From the IMG/VR virus record IMGVR_UViG_3300005393_000308: 45,353 nt of DNA; one strand, written 5' to 3'. The translations under genes and the position numbers were made by a program. Each line of letters opens with the position of its first letter. Positions within the stretch are counted from its first letter, which is position 1. Under the pieces are notes generated by a model, which did no database searches, was not told where the DNA came from, and saw only the letters and a program-made list of their open reading frames with translations. Positions 1 to 9,967 of the stretch are shown piece after piece. Source of the stretch: a virus.

Positions 1-1054
1 TCCTGGCGGTAATGTTTGTCAGTCTTGCCTCCAGGTTCATCTTTTCCATATTCTGCGCCTTGGCCAGGTCAAGAATTGTAGTATCAAGGCCGCTGTCAAT
101 AACGGTAAGGCCGGTCAGCGAATGGTCCACCAGGTTATACGCCGGCGATTTGTCGGAATCCAGCGCCAACTCCTTCAGCCAGGCAGCTACTTTTCTGACC
201 GCATTGAGCCGCAGCCTGGCCAGGGAAACGGCCGTATCATGCAGGTCCTCGATAATCTGCTGGTTACCATAGAGACGGTCCTGTTCGTTCAGGTTAAGCT
301 CCTGCCGGGCGAGGTTTCCAAAGCTGGTCTTCAGCACAGTACCGATACCGTTAAGAACTTCCGCGTCCGCCACCGCCATCTCCCCAGCTACCGACTCCAC
401 GCTGCCGTTACATGAATCGTTTGTGCTAATCTTGGCAATTCCAATACACCTGTCCAGGACAGACTCAAAGGTTTCCAGGCGCTTCTTCACCTGGTGTTTC
501 AGCTGCGCCTCGTAGGCCAACGCCAGTCTGTCGACCGAGCCGGGTTTCTTGTACTCCATATAAGCCAGGTCGGTATACATCTTTTCTTCAAGCACATACA
601 ACTCCTGGGGAAACTCGGATGTCACGGGGACGATGTTCTGGGCGGTAAACTGCCGGACATGCTCAATCCTGCCCTGTAGGGATCTAAGCATACAGTAGAG
701 TTCACCCTGGGTGGAGCCATTTATATCCGCACTGTGGTAATCCTCGAATACCCTGGCCATCGCATAGTCGTCCTCTTCTACAGCCCTGTCGTAGTCATCT
801 GCACTCACGCCGTTATATTGAGTATTGCCGAGACATGACTTCAGGTTGTCAAGGGTCTCGCCAATCTGGTCGAGCAGCGCATCCGCTCTGGCCAGCAGGT
901 CGCTGGCCAGGATCGAAGCGGCATCGGCCAGCTCGCTCGGCACCTCATACGACGGTTCATATTCCTCTCCCGTCTCTTCAACCTTGAAGGAAAGAGCCCG
1001 CCTGATATCAAAGCGCGGCAGATAGGTAATGTAGTTATTCTCGTTCAAGTACAT
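1..1054 (-). CDS. Hypothetical phage late protein, partial (runs off window start)
   Basis: Read manually: ATG at 1054 after GAGGTG RBS, open frame MYLNENNYITYLPRFDIRR... to position 1 with no stop; directly follows the terminase. Confidence 0.7.
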   Translation of the reverse strand, partial: MYLNENNYITYLPRFDIRRALSFKVEETGEEYEPSYEVPSELADAASILASDLLARADALLDQIGETLDNLKSCLGNTQYNGVSADDYDRAVEEDDYAMARVFEDYHSADINGSTQGELYCMLRSLQGRIEHVRQFTAQNIVPVTSEFPQELYVLEEKMYTDLAYMEYKKPGSVDRLALAYEAQLKHQVKKRLETFESVLDRCIGIAKISTNDSCNGSVESVAGEMAVADAEVLNGIGTVLKTSFGNLARQELNLNEQDRLYGNQQIIEDLHDTAVSLARLRLNAVRKVAAWLKELALDSDKSPAYNLVDHSLTGLTVIDSGLDTTILDLAKAQNMEKMNLEARLTNITAR

Positions 1055-1063
1055 GTAAGCACC

Positions 1064-2641
1064 TCAAAAAATAGATCTGGACATTGACCGGCTGAATGAA
1101 CGTCTGAAGGTATTCATACTGCGGCTGCCTACCATGCTCATCTTTGGTTTCCTCTTGGGTTTGAAAACTTCCTTGTCGGCTTTGGCTATGATGTTGGAGA
1201 CAGAAACTATACCGTGCCCCACTTTGACCCTGCAAATGTCTGAGAAATGGGTCAGGAGACCATGAACCGCCAACCCCACGGCATCAATAATATGCTCGTC
1301 CTCATCTGAGTAGGTCGGCTGTCCCTGGCTTGTATACCCCTTGACACGGTAGTTGTAGAACTGCCTGGCCATCACCCTGTCGTCGGGAGGCATAACGATC
1401 CGGCCGCGCTCGAACAGCACCTGCAGGTTACCGATGATCCAGTGCTTGAGCGGCTTTTTGACCAGTTCCCTGGTGAACGGGTCCGGCACCTTGATAGTGT
1501 CGCCAAACGTCACGCCCTTGACTTTCTCGTGCAGCCTCGTATGGGGATTTTGCAAGCCGTACTTGTGCAGTGTTTCGACTTGCATTTCACCGTATCCCCG
1601 GTCTACATAGATATAATCAAGGTCGTACAGTTCGTTTAGGAGAATAATCCTGCTGACAGCGTTGTCCAGAGTAAACTGGGAGCGCGGGATTTCCACCCTG
1701 TATATCGGTTTGTACAATCCCAGGGTCTGGTCGTATTCAACGATGGCTATGTTGGTACCGCTGCTAAACTTGTCCCAATCGCAGCCGAGCACTCTTGGGC
1801 CCTTCCTTTCAGGCGGCGCGTCGCTGTATTTGAGCCCGATATCCCTGCCACGCTTGATGGCAAGTTCCACGTACTGACGCAGGAAGACACCTTTGTCTTC
1901 CGACCCGAACTCCGCAGCCACTTCCAAAGTGTATGCTTCACCAGGGAGTTCTTCGCGTAGCTCGGCTTCCATCTCGGGATTCCAGTTGGGGTTGACCCAC
2001 GAGGGATAGTGAAATTCATGCCAACCGAGATCTTTGTTGAGGCACCACCGCTTAAAGTGATCCTCCCGCCCGCTTGGAGTCGAGGCGGCGATAATCTTAA
2101 TCCTCTGGGGATCCTGCAGTTGGATAGCCAGCAGGGTATTGACGTCTTTGTCTAATAAATAAGAGGCTTCATCAAGGACGAGCAGATCGGCTTTTTGGCC
2201 CCTTACGTTGGCAGCCGCCTTGCCCGTTTTAGATCCGGCGCTCATACCACGGATGATGGAGCCGTTGGCAAGTTCAATCTCGTGCGGGTTTCTTACATCC
2301 CGGACAACAGAGGCAAGGAGGTTTTCGCTATTTGACATCAGCTCCCGTATACGCGAGAAAAACTCGTTGACCTGCGACTCATAAGGAGCAATATAAAGGA
2401 CCCGGTAGCCCGGGTCTTTGCCTCTGTTTAGCTGGATATAGGCATGGTAAAGGGCAAAGATGCAAAGTGCGTCAGTCTTGCCGGTTCTTCTTCCAGCTCT
2501 TACCACTATTTTACGGGATTTGGAAGATAAGATTTCTTTCTGGTACCACCTGGCATCCCAGTCTAACTCCACCTTTGCCCACAAGGCTGGGTCGGAAAGG
2601 ATAGTCAGGAGGTCGAGTTCTTCTTTAGTTAGTTGATACAT
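1064..2641 (-). CDS. terL: Phage terminase large subunit
   Basis: Walker A (AGRRTGKT), Walker B (LLVLDEA), motif III (AASTP), nuclease-domain acidic motifs (LGCDWD, VDRG, DEHIIDA); probable start MYQLTK at 2641. Confidence 0.92.
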   Translation of the reverse strand: MYQLTKEELDLLTILSDPALWAKVELDWDARWYQKEILSSKSRKIVVRAGRRTGKTDALCIFALYHAYIQLNRGKDPGYRVLYIAPYESQVNEFFSRIRELMSNSENLLASVVRDVRNPHEIELANGSIIRGMSAGSKTGKAAANVRGQKADLLVLDEASYLLDKDVNTLLAIQLQDPQRIKIIAASTPSGREDHFKRWCLNKDLGWHEFHYPSWVNPNWNPEMEAELREELPGEAYTLEVAAEFGSEDKGVFLRQYVELAIKRGRDIGLKYSDAPPERKGPRVLGCDWDKFSSGTNIAIVEYDQTLGLYKPIYRVEIPRSQFTLDNAVSRIILLNELYDLDYIYVDRGYGEMQVETLHKYGLQNPHTRLHEKVKGVTFGDTIKVPDPFTRELVKKPLKHWIIGNLQVLFERGRIVMPPDDRVMARQFYNYRVKGYTSQGQPTYSDEDEHIIDAVGLAVHGLLTHFSDICRVKVGHGIVSVSNIIAKADKEVFKPKRKPKMSMVGSRSMNTFRRSFSRSMSRSIF

Positions 2642-3243
2642 GGCTGTCCACCCGCGATCCAGTAAAACTTCTGCCATCCGGGTTTTTCCATGTACCAACC
2701 ACAACTACGATCAACAGAGGCGGTGGCCACGGCCTTGTGGCTGCGTGTCAAGAGCGGCAGATAGATGTCAGATGTCGGTATAATATTGCCAGTTAGATCG
2801 CAATCGTCGAACAGTAACAAATCAGGTTGATAACCACGAAGTGACGGTCCGCTCGCCATACGGTGCACCTGAATAATAGAGCCGTTTGCAAATTCGATAT
2901 AGCCAGGCATACCCGAATGCTGTCTTTTTACTGCGCTGTGAAGACTTAGACTACTATTAATACATGACATAAGGAGACTAAACAACCATATGTGTACTCC
3001 TTGTATATAAACTATCTTACTACCTGGTGTAGTATCTGCTGTATAAAGAGCCAGCATAGCAAGCGTGGAAGTTTTGCCGGTCTGTCTGTCGCCAAAGATT
3101 ATTATCCTGTCTGAACTGGAAAGGAGAACCTCCTTCTGGTTCTCCGTCGGCTGCCACCCGAACTCGATACCAGCCCATGTGACAGGATCAATGATATTGG
3201 TGAACGATTCCTTCTGGAACTGATCAGTATTCAAAGTAACCAC
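2629..3243 (-). CDS. Terminase-like ATPase domain-only protein (paralogue of adjacent TerL)
   Basis: DPVTWAGIEFGWQPTENQKEVL, GDRQTGKT, IEFANGSII and LLLFDD align with the TerL N-terminus; no nuclease domain. Confidence 0.75.
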   Translation of the reverse strand: MVTLNTDQFQKESFTNIIDPVTWAGIEFGWQPTENQKEVLLSSSDRIIIFGDRQTGKTSTLAMLALYTADTTPGSKIVYIQGVHIWLFSLLMSCINSSLSLHSAVKRQHSGMPGYIEFANGSIIQVHRMASGPSLRGYQPDLLLFDDCDLTGNIIPTSDIYLPLLTRSHKAVATASVDRSCGWYMEKPGWQKFYWIAGGQPCIN

Positions 3244-3670
3244 GACTGATTCGACGCGCCTCGCTTCCTAACACGGAATTTACCCTCATCTTGGAGTCCT
3301 GCAGGGCCTGCACGGCCCGCTGACGCATGGTCGCCTTGGGCTGTGTGTCCATAAAGAAACCACTGCCGATGCCGGTTCTGTAACCCGGGCCAGGGACGTT
3401 GGTAATCGACTGCCACCATAGATTACCTATTCCCTTGCCAATCGCCGACGCTACATCTTTCAGGCTCCAGGCCAGAGCAATGGGAGTAGCATACTGCCAC
3501 AAAGCGAAAGTAAGGGCACCACGCGCAAAAGCACCGACAGTCGAAGCGTCTTTATGCTCTCTTTTGTATTTGTAGGCATCCGACGCGGCTATGCCGACAT
3601 TTATTACACTGCCGACAGCTGCACCCCCGGCCAGCCGCTTAGTAACATATCCACCAATTAACCTGATCAT
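3224..3670 (-). CDS. Gly/Ala-rich hypothetical virion protein
   Basis: 148-aa ORF, translationally coupled within the late operon. Confidence 0.6.
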   Translation of the reverse strand: MIRLIGGYVTKRLAGGAAVGSVINVGIAASDAYKYKREHKDASTVGAFARGALTFALWQYATPIALAWSLKDVASAIGKGIGNLWWQSITNVPGPGYRTGIGSGFFMDTQPKATMRQRAVQALQDSKMRVNSVLGSEARRISRGYFEY

Positions 3671-3942
3671 CCGGTAGCAATCCCGCCTATCATCCTGTTA
3701 GCGGCAATCTTCCCTAGTACATTGGGTGCATAATGCCTTGCCAGCATAGCCCCCGCTCCGATCCCGCCACCGATAAACGCACCGGTCATGAAACCGCTAC
3801 CTCGTCCGTCTGGCGGGGCGGCAATAGCACCAATAACACCGCCGGCCAAACTTGCAGCAGCTGCATGCTTTAAAATGTTGGCCCAGACCGGATTCTTCTC
3901 AGCCCATATACTTGCAGAAGCAAGCATGTTATAAATACCCAT
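3667..3942 (-). CDS. Small Gly-rich hydrophobic protein
   Basis: Start MGIYN after AAGGGGGG RBS; glycine-zipper-like segments. Confidence 0.55.
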   Translation of the reverse strand: MGIYNMLASASIWAEKNPVWANILKHAAAASLAGGVIGAIAAPPDGRGSGFMTGAFIGGGIGAGAMLARHYAPNVLGKIAANRMIGGIATG

Positions 3943-3959
3943 GAGAATCCCCCCCTTAT

Positions 3960-4496
3960 CTACTTCCTCAACTGGTGCAACGCCAAAGCAAGAGAACCAT
4001 CGGCGCCCAAATTGTCGACCCAATTTGGTTTGATCTGTTGGTTGTAAAGCCCTGGCGTAAGGGCTTCTCCAGTCAGAGAAGTCATTGGGCCATAATTAAC
4101 CAGACCCACCTGGGCATTCCGCATACCGCCCAAAACACCTACGGCCGTGGTACCCCAAAACAGGACATCGCCAGCACCCGAGCGTACCTTCCAGCCAATA
4201 AGGTTGTTTTCTTTCTTAAGAAACGGCCTGACAAATGGCTTGGCCGCAGCTGTGGCAGCATCAATATAACCGCCGGCTCTTTCTATACCTCTAAGAGTAT
4301 TTTCCCCAGCTGTACTAGCTGCAGTTTTTACAACGCCAGTAACAAAGTTGCCAACGCGGTCAATTGTAGTTTCTCCAGGAACATTTCTTACAGCCATCGC
4401 GCCAGCTATTTTAGTTCCCTTGAGAGCCGCCTGTGCTCCTTTGGTAATGCCATAAATGAACGGTTTACTGAGCAAGTCAAGAATAAACATGTACAA
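3960..4496 (-). CDS. Gly/Ala-rich hypothetical virion protein
   Basis: ORF co-oriented and closely spaced in the late operon. Confidence 0.55.
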   Translation of the reverse strand: MYMFILDLLSKPFIYGITKGAQAALKGTKIAGAMAVRNVPGETTIDRVGNFVTGVVKTAASTAGENTLRGIERAGGYIDAATAAAKPFVRPFLKKENNLIGWKVRSGAGDVLFWGTTAVGVLGGMRNAQVGLVNYGPMTSLTGEALTPGLYNQQIKPNWVDNLGADGSLALALHQLRK

Positions 4497-4506
4497 TCAG
4501 TCCGCC

Positions 4507-5058
4507 TTACACAAACGGTATGCCGGCTATATCAAACTGCCCACGGTCATTGGTAAATGGGCCACCCTGACCAGTAACAAAACGCCATCCTGTGCCCGCG
4601 GCAAACAAGCTGCCTGCGGTCATTCCCATGCGCTTGCCCCAGTTGGTCCAGTCGCCACGAGGCGAGAACCAGGCCTTAGCGCCGCCCCATGCCGCCTTTA
4701 CCGGAGAGGTCAACGCTCCCCCAGCGGCCTCAAGACTTAACATAGCGTCATCTTGAAGCATTTTGGCCCGTTGTTCTAATAGATCAGCTACATACCCCCC
4801 GCCAATAGCCCTCTCAATGCGTGCTTCGTCGAGCAGTCTCTTAGCCTCGGCATTCATTTGGGCAGCCGTTCTCAAGCCTCTGCCCGCTCCTCTTATTCCA
4901 CCAGCAGCAGAGAACGGGGCAATACCTTCTCTGACTGCCGCAACAGTTCCACCAACCGTTTTGTTTGCCGCAAGCTTCTCGATAACACCACTGGCAGTTT
5001 GTCTTGCTTTCTTAACTACTAAATCTGCAAAACCACCAAAATTAGCTACTAATCCCAT
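4507..5058 (-). CDS. Gly/Ala-rich hypothetical virion protein
   Basis: 183-aa ORF with GGAG RBS, in operon. Confidence 0.6.
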   Translation of the reverse strand: MGLVANFGGFADLVVKKARQTASGVIEKLAANKTVGGTVAAVREGIAPFSAAGGIRGAGRGLRTAAQMNAEAKRLLDEARIERAIGGGYVADLLEQRAKMLQDDAMLSLEAAGGALTSPVKAAWGGAKAWFSPRGDWTNWGKRMGMTAGSLFAAGTGWRFVTGQGGPFTNDRGQFDIAGIPFV

Positions 5059-5064
5059 AATAAG

Positions 5065-5739
5065 CTAACTCCCTTCTTGTTGCTGTGCTTTGACTTCAAT
5101 TGTCTTATACAGCCCCAATTCTCTGGCTTTTGATATAATCTCCGAAGCCAGCGAACTCGGATCTCTCTTTACTTGCGAACCCTCACGATCCTTCCGCGTG
5201 GAGTTCAGGAGTTGGAGGATGCGGTGGCGCTCCCGCCGCAACCGCTCCTTATATTCCACCACACGCGCTATCTCTGGCTTGGTAATAGGCATACCGTCAT
5301 CGCTTACAAAATAGACCACGTCCTCGACGAAGTCGGGATTGGCGGCCATGTAGTGGTCGGCCCGCATCAGCTGCACATCCAGGTCTACCAGTTCCCTGAC
5401 CAGGCTAAGGTCCACTATATCGTCCTCTCCGACATCCAGGTAGCCGCAGTATTTGTCAAACAGGGTGAGGATCATAGAGATTTCAATTGGGCAGCGCCCG
5501 TTCTTCGGCCTCTCTTTGGGGTCTATGTAGCACGTTGAAGCATAGGGGCAGTTGGAGTTGCGGCAGATGATGGGCACCTGGGCCATCAGACCGTGCTTCA
5601 ACCTGTGCATATAGTTAGCTCTGGCCACACCGTTAATTGAACTCTCGTCTATTCCCCATACCTCGGCGATCAAGCCGAGGTCTTTGACGTTGGCCGTAAG
5701 ATCGACTGCTTTTGCTTTTACATCTAAGGCCTTAGACAT
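5065..5739 (-). CDS. Hypothetical phage protein with Cys cluster (possible terminase small subunit)
   Basis: CRNSNCPYASTC...CPIE plus helical C-terminus; lies upstream of terL; function inferred from position only. Confidence 0.55.
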   Translation of the reverse strand: MSKALDVKAKAVDLTANVKDLGLIAEVWGIDESSINGVARANYMHRLKHGLMAQVPIICRNSNCPYASTCYIDPKERPKNGRCPIEISMILTLFDKYCGYLDVGEDDIVDLSLVRELVDLDVQLMRADHYMAANPDFVEDVVYFVSDDGMPITKPEIARVVEYKERLRRERHRILQLLNSTRKDREGSQVKRDPSSLASEIISKARELGLYKTIEVKAQQQEGS

Positions 5740-5783
5740 AAACGAATAGACAGGGAGCTACCCTGTCCCAAACCTCCGTCAAC

Positions 5784-6161
5784 TTATTTGTTAACCCACG
5801 ACCGCGACGTACTGTGGACCGTCACTCCACAGCCGCCGCCGAGTGTAATACAGTCTCCAACTCTGTGAACCGGTATGCCGTTTACAAAACAGTTCTCCGA
5901 ATGGTCACGCGCCCAACCGACACCGCAGTGCGGGCAGGTCGTTTTACATTTGTCACCACGCCGCACCAGCTGTTTCCCCTCTGAGTAGGCATTATGACTG
6001 CCCTCGACAAAATGTCCCGTAACAATGTGCGGACAGCACTTTCCGCCATGGTCGCAAATACCTATAATAGTGTCACCGACGCGCGCCTGCAGACCGAAAT
6101 CACTACGCGGAATCCCTTCCTTAAAACCATAACGGCACGTGTAGCGTGTACACTCGCTCAT
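5784..6161 (-). CDS. PAAR-like baseplate spike tip protein
   Basis: Three repeats ARVGD / VRRGD / VHRVGD, FVNGIP, Cys/His metal ligands. Confidence 0.85.
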   Translation of the reverse strand: MSECTRYTCRYGFKEGIPRSDFGLQARVGDTIIGICDHGGKCCPHIVTGHFVEGSHNAYSEGKQLVRRGDKCKTTCPHCGVGWARDHSENCFVNGIPVHRVGDCITLGGGCGVTVHSTSRSWVNK

Positions 6162-6231
6162 AACAGCACCTCTAACATCTATAGTACCAGCGAAAGTTAC
6201 AGGCGCGCGTCGGTGTTATGCTTTAACGGAA

Positions 6232-6991
6232 CTAACTCTGGTAGTTAACTTTGTAACTGCCGTTGGCGAAAAGTTTCACCTGCACAGTTGAGTTATTGGT
6301 GTAGCGATAAGAGAAATCAACATACGGCTGGGCCAAGTCCCACGAGCCAAGCATATCAAACTGAGCGCTCAGTTTGTCCGTCGCCGCTGCATCGGTAGCA
6401 GCATCCATCTCCAGGTAGTAACCGAACCTGATCGTCTTGCTCGTCCCAATAAGGGTCATCCAATCAGTGGATGGTATGAAGTTAAAAACATTCGGCGGGA
6501 TACCGTTTGCCCTGACTTCAGCCAGGTTGTTATGGTTGATGGTGCTCCAGGTTCCATTGCTGTAGGTCTTCCAGGTAACGCCACCATCCACGCTGACTAT
6601 CAGCCTGATTAACCCGCTGCCCGACTGGTTATAAGTTAAAATGAAGCCGTCTATGTTTTCTATATAGTCCAGCCGGATATCTCCAGAGGCCAAAAACTAA
6701 TTTAGGGTATGGCGTAGCCGTTAACCTGCATGTCTTGGAATTGGTTCCATCAGTCCAGACAAGTAGCTGCGGCGCAACAAGAGTGGAGATATTAACACCA
6801 ACTAAAGAATCCATTCCATAAGTATCAAACATGGTCTGAGTCACCGGTGCCGGGCCCACATCGACCCAGGTGCCGTCAGAGTATCTTTTGATAGTATCAC
6901 CATCTTGGAAGAGATATTTAACTGTTTCAAAGTATATCTCCTGTGTATAGGTGTCAGAAATACGATGCCAGGTCACTACAGCATAACCCAT
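6232..6991 (-). CDS. Tail/baseplate-associated protein (one +1 frameshift at 6692-6696)
   Basis: ATG 6991 with GGGGGTGA RBS (MGYAVVTW...); removing one base of the A5 run joins PYPKLV to LASGDIRLDY; contains SVDGGVTW motif. Confidence 0.65.
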
Positions 6992-7302
6992 GATATCACC
7001 CCCATAAGTGGCATAATATACTTTTTGTCTTAACCGAAAGGAATTGCACCACTTGAGCCAGCCGTTGTAGGATGCAACAACACTACGATCACGGTCGGTA
7101 AGTTCTTTCTTCCCTAACAGTGGCATAAGCTTGCGCTTCATCTTCTTAAGCGTGGACTTGCGTAGGAGCGTATAAACTCCAAAACTGCGGTAGCCGACAA
7201 AATCTATCCCACGGATACGGCTCGGGAAAACCTGCCAGTTTTCCTTGATTGAAAGATTGAGCCTGTTTTGCAGGCATTCAGCAATCTCTAGTCGCAGTTG
7301 AT
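6976..7302 (-). pseudogene. DGR reverse transcriptase, C-terminal fragment (after IS insertion)
   Basis: LNLSIKENWQVFP, GIDFVGY, SYNGWLKWCNS motifs; continues in frame with the N-terminal part once the IS is removed. Confidence 0.9.
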
Positions 7303-7418
7303 CTGACATTCTCCCACGGCTGAAGCCGTGGGGTTCACGGGTCCAGCGTGGTGCAGACGATTTTATATTTCGCGGATGCCCATGGCAGACCTAAGCGGCT
7401 TGCCTGAACGTCCCCTGT

Positions 7419-8673
7419 TCACGGCCTTTTAGGTGTGGTTTTCCTCCACACGAACAGGTTGACCGCAGGGCGTGCCAGTGCGCCCACTACTCCCGACCGT
7501 TCCGGCAGTGCCAGACCGGCCTCACGGAGATACCTTTGCAGAATATTGTACGCGCCCACCAGGTCGGCGTTGAAAGCTCGACTGCAGTGGACAAAAAAGC
7601 CCCCGGTATATACGGGCCTTTTTAATCCTCTTGCCGCACGCCGGGCAGGTTGTGCTGGTGCTTTTCTCCGGTGCCTTGATAACCCGGATGCCAGCTAATG
7701 CCGCCTTATAAGTGAGCAAGCTTGTTATCTTGCTGAACGGCCAGGTGTGCAGCTTCTGGTTGCCGGCGTCTCCCCAGTCTTTATCCGCGCGAATACCTTT
7801 TAATTCGCCGACGAGGATGACAGAGACGTTGCGGGCAAGCGCCAGGTTGACCAGCCACCTGGTCAGCACGTGCAGGTAGTGGTTGCGCTGCCTGCCCCAC
7901 TTGGCGTTCAATTCAATACAATGCTTACTGGAGGACCTGGAGCATTTGACCTTTTCCTTCTGGAAGTACCGGTCGAGCGCCAACAGTTCCCCGCCGGGGA
8001 CAATAAACGAATAGCCGTCGGATATAAGTCCAGCCGTGATGTTCACGATGCCCAGGTCGAGGGACATGATATTTTCGGTTTCACGGTATTTGATCTGAAC
8101 CTTGTGGGTGATATGCAGGCGCCATTCCCCGGTCTTAGGTTCGTACACCAGCTTGACCTGCTGCACTTTGCCCAGGACGGCGTCCGGAGGAAGCCGGTAT
8201 TCCAGAATAATTTCCCGCCTTTCATAGGTCTTGGGCAGTTTCAGTTTCACCTGGTTGTCCGGCAGCATTTCGAAGGCGTTTTGTTTGAAGGTTACGGTGC
8301 TCAGCGAGTCCTTCTTCCTGAATCCCGGCGGATTGGCTTTCTTGTCACCGTTCTTCCGGTGTGAGAACCACGAACGGTAGGAGTCGTCCTGCTCGCCCAG
8401 GACTTCCTGCGCGGACTGGGATGGTAGGAGCCTGTACCAGCGGTTGCCTTTGAGTTCCCGGCACTGCTCCGGAAAGCCGGGGATCTTGCCGGTTTCGCTC
8501 CAGGCGGCGCGCCGGTGGTGGTTGGCCACGTTCCACAGCTTTGTAGCAGAAAAGCCCAAGAGGCCCAGGAGCAGGGCGTCCTGGTCGGAAAGGCCGACGA
8601 CCTTGGTCCTGGCTGTGAGAGTCTGCGTCGGTACGTCATTATTGGACTTCTTCTTCCGGGTCAGTTCAATCAC
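7419..8673 (-). CDS. tnpB: TnpB RNA-guided endonuclease (+1 frameshift in A6 run 7593-7598)
   Basis: RuvC-I SLDLG, RuvC-II GEL, TSTTCPACG; RuvC-III FNADLVGAYNI appears after correcting one base; GTG start overlaps tnpA stop. Confidence 0.9.
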
Positions 8674-9068
8674 CCTCTTTTCTTCTGCATTTCGATGTAC
8701 TTCCGGATGGTGTCGGAGGAAACATCGCCGGCGGTGGACACGAAGTAGCTCCGCGTCCACATGGACGGCATCCGGGCGATGTGCTCAAACTCCCGGCGCA
8801 GGTGATGTGAGGATACGCCTTTAAACCGCGCCACGATATCGTGCGGCGCCAGATTCGGCGGTGCGTTGACGAACAGGTGCAGGTGGTCGGGCATGATCTC
8901 CAGGGCCAGGATTTCCAGTTCCAGCTTCTCAGCCACCTCCTGGATCAGTTCTCTCAGCCTGGCTTCGACGGGACCGACCAGCACTTTGCGCCGGTAGCGC
9001 GGGCACCAGATAAAATGGTAGTTTACCAGTGATACGGACGTGTGTTTGTGTCTATATTTCTGCTCCAT
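8670..9068 (-). CDS. tnpA: IS200/IS605 Y1 (HUH) transposase
   Basis: YHFIWCPRYRR, MPDHLHLF (HUH), WTRSYFVST, YIEMQ catalytic Tyr. Confidence 0.97.
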   Translation of the reverse strand: MEQKYRHKHTSVSLVNYHFIWCPRYRRKVLVGPVEARLRELIQEVAEKLELEILALEIMPDHLHLFVNAPPNLAPHDIVARFKGVSSHHLRREFEHIARMPSMWTRSYFVSTAGDVSSDTIRKYIEMQKKRG

Positions 9069-9177
9069 AGCTATATTATAGCTGTTTTAAAACAAAGGAG
9101 CAACATATGTCCGGAAATATAAATAAGCCGCGCTTTCATCCCACGGCTGAAGCCGTGGGCTTTCCCGCGCAGTTGAT

Positions 9178-9871
9178 GTAAGAACGACTTATCGCCATGG
9201 AGGATTACCATGTCATCCATATAGCGAAGGTAGTATTTAATACCCTTCTCTTCCTTCAACCAGTGGTCAAAATACGTCAGGTAGAAATTAGCCAGGTACT
9301 GCGAGGTATAGTTACCAATTGGTAACCCCTTGCCGCCGGGAATACTGTCAATGATTTCATCCAGGAGCCAGAGAAGTTCTGGATCTTTGAACTTCCTGCG
9401 CAATAGCTGCTTCAAGATAGTGTGATCAACACTGGGGAAGAACTTAGCAACATCCAGCTTTAAGCAGTACTGCGAACCATCCCTGTCGCGCATAAAGGAA
9501 TGTAACATTTTAAGGGCTGCATGAATTCCTCTTCCCTCAATGGCAGCATAAGTATTATGGATAAACGTATTAAGCAAAGTGGGCTTAATGACGTTCATGA
9601 CAGCATGATGCACAATCCTATCGGGATAGTAAGGGAGCTTGTAGATTTCCCGCTCTTTGCCGCCATCGTTAATAATGAATATCTTGTACCTAGAGGTACG
9701 ATAGGTGCGATTGAGCAGTTGCCGTTGGATTTCCAGGAGGTATCTGTCAGGATTCGCGTCCACCATTTTAACTTCAGTATAATAAGATTTGCCCCTACGA
9801 GCCCTGGCGTGGGCTAACCGCAGGTTCTCAACGTCGCAAATCCTGGAATAGAGATTGCCGTATCTACGCAA
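9178..9871 (-). pseudogene. DGR reverse transcriptase, N-terminal part (interrupted by IS605)
   Basis: GKEREIYKLPYYPDRIVHHA, LKLDVAKFFPSVDH, GLPIGNYTSQYLANFYL, YLRYMDD; reconstructed full length about 339 aa. Confidence 0.95.
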
Positions 9872-9967
9872 GCCTTACCTCCAGTTACTTTGTGCCTTTT
9901 CGCCGAGCCTTCGAGTATAGAGCCTACCAGCACGGCTTTTGACAGGCTTATGTTCTGCCAAGAGGCA

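Larger units (their letters stand above)
7303..9177 (-). mobile_element. IS200/IS605-family element (tnpA + tnpB) inserted in the DGR RT gene
   Basis: Identical subterminal hairpins CCCACGGCTGAAGCCGTGGG at 7313-7332 and 9140-9159; on the minus strand it follows TTAC and ends GTCAG; removal restores FLHQLRLEIAECL. Confidence 0.93.

Noticed and set aside
5784-6161. PAAR as a sign of a type VI secretion system
   Set aside because: No T6SS genes; the context is terminase and tail genes, consistent with a contractile-tailed phage
6629-7309. Apparent RT-tail protein fusion ORF (226 aa)
   Set aside because: Explained by one extra base in the T5 run at 7022-7026; the corrected RT ends RQKYIMPL...VML* and the tail gene has its own RBS and ATG at 6991
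7303-9177. IStron (group I intron plus IS) that could splice out of the RT mRNA
   Set aside because: Only about 110 nt lie between the left end and tnpA, leaving no room for a group I intron core
9071-9871. Group II intron or retron RT
   Set aside because: Short RT with a GNYTSQ motif and an adjacent adenine-specific TR/VR pair indicates a DGR
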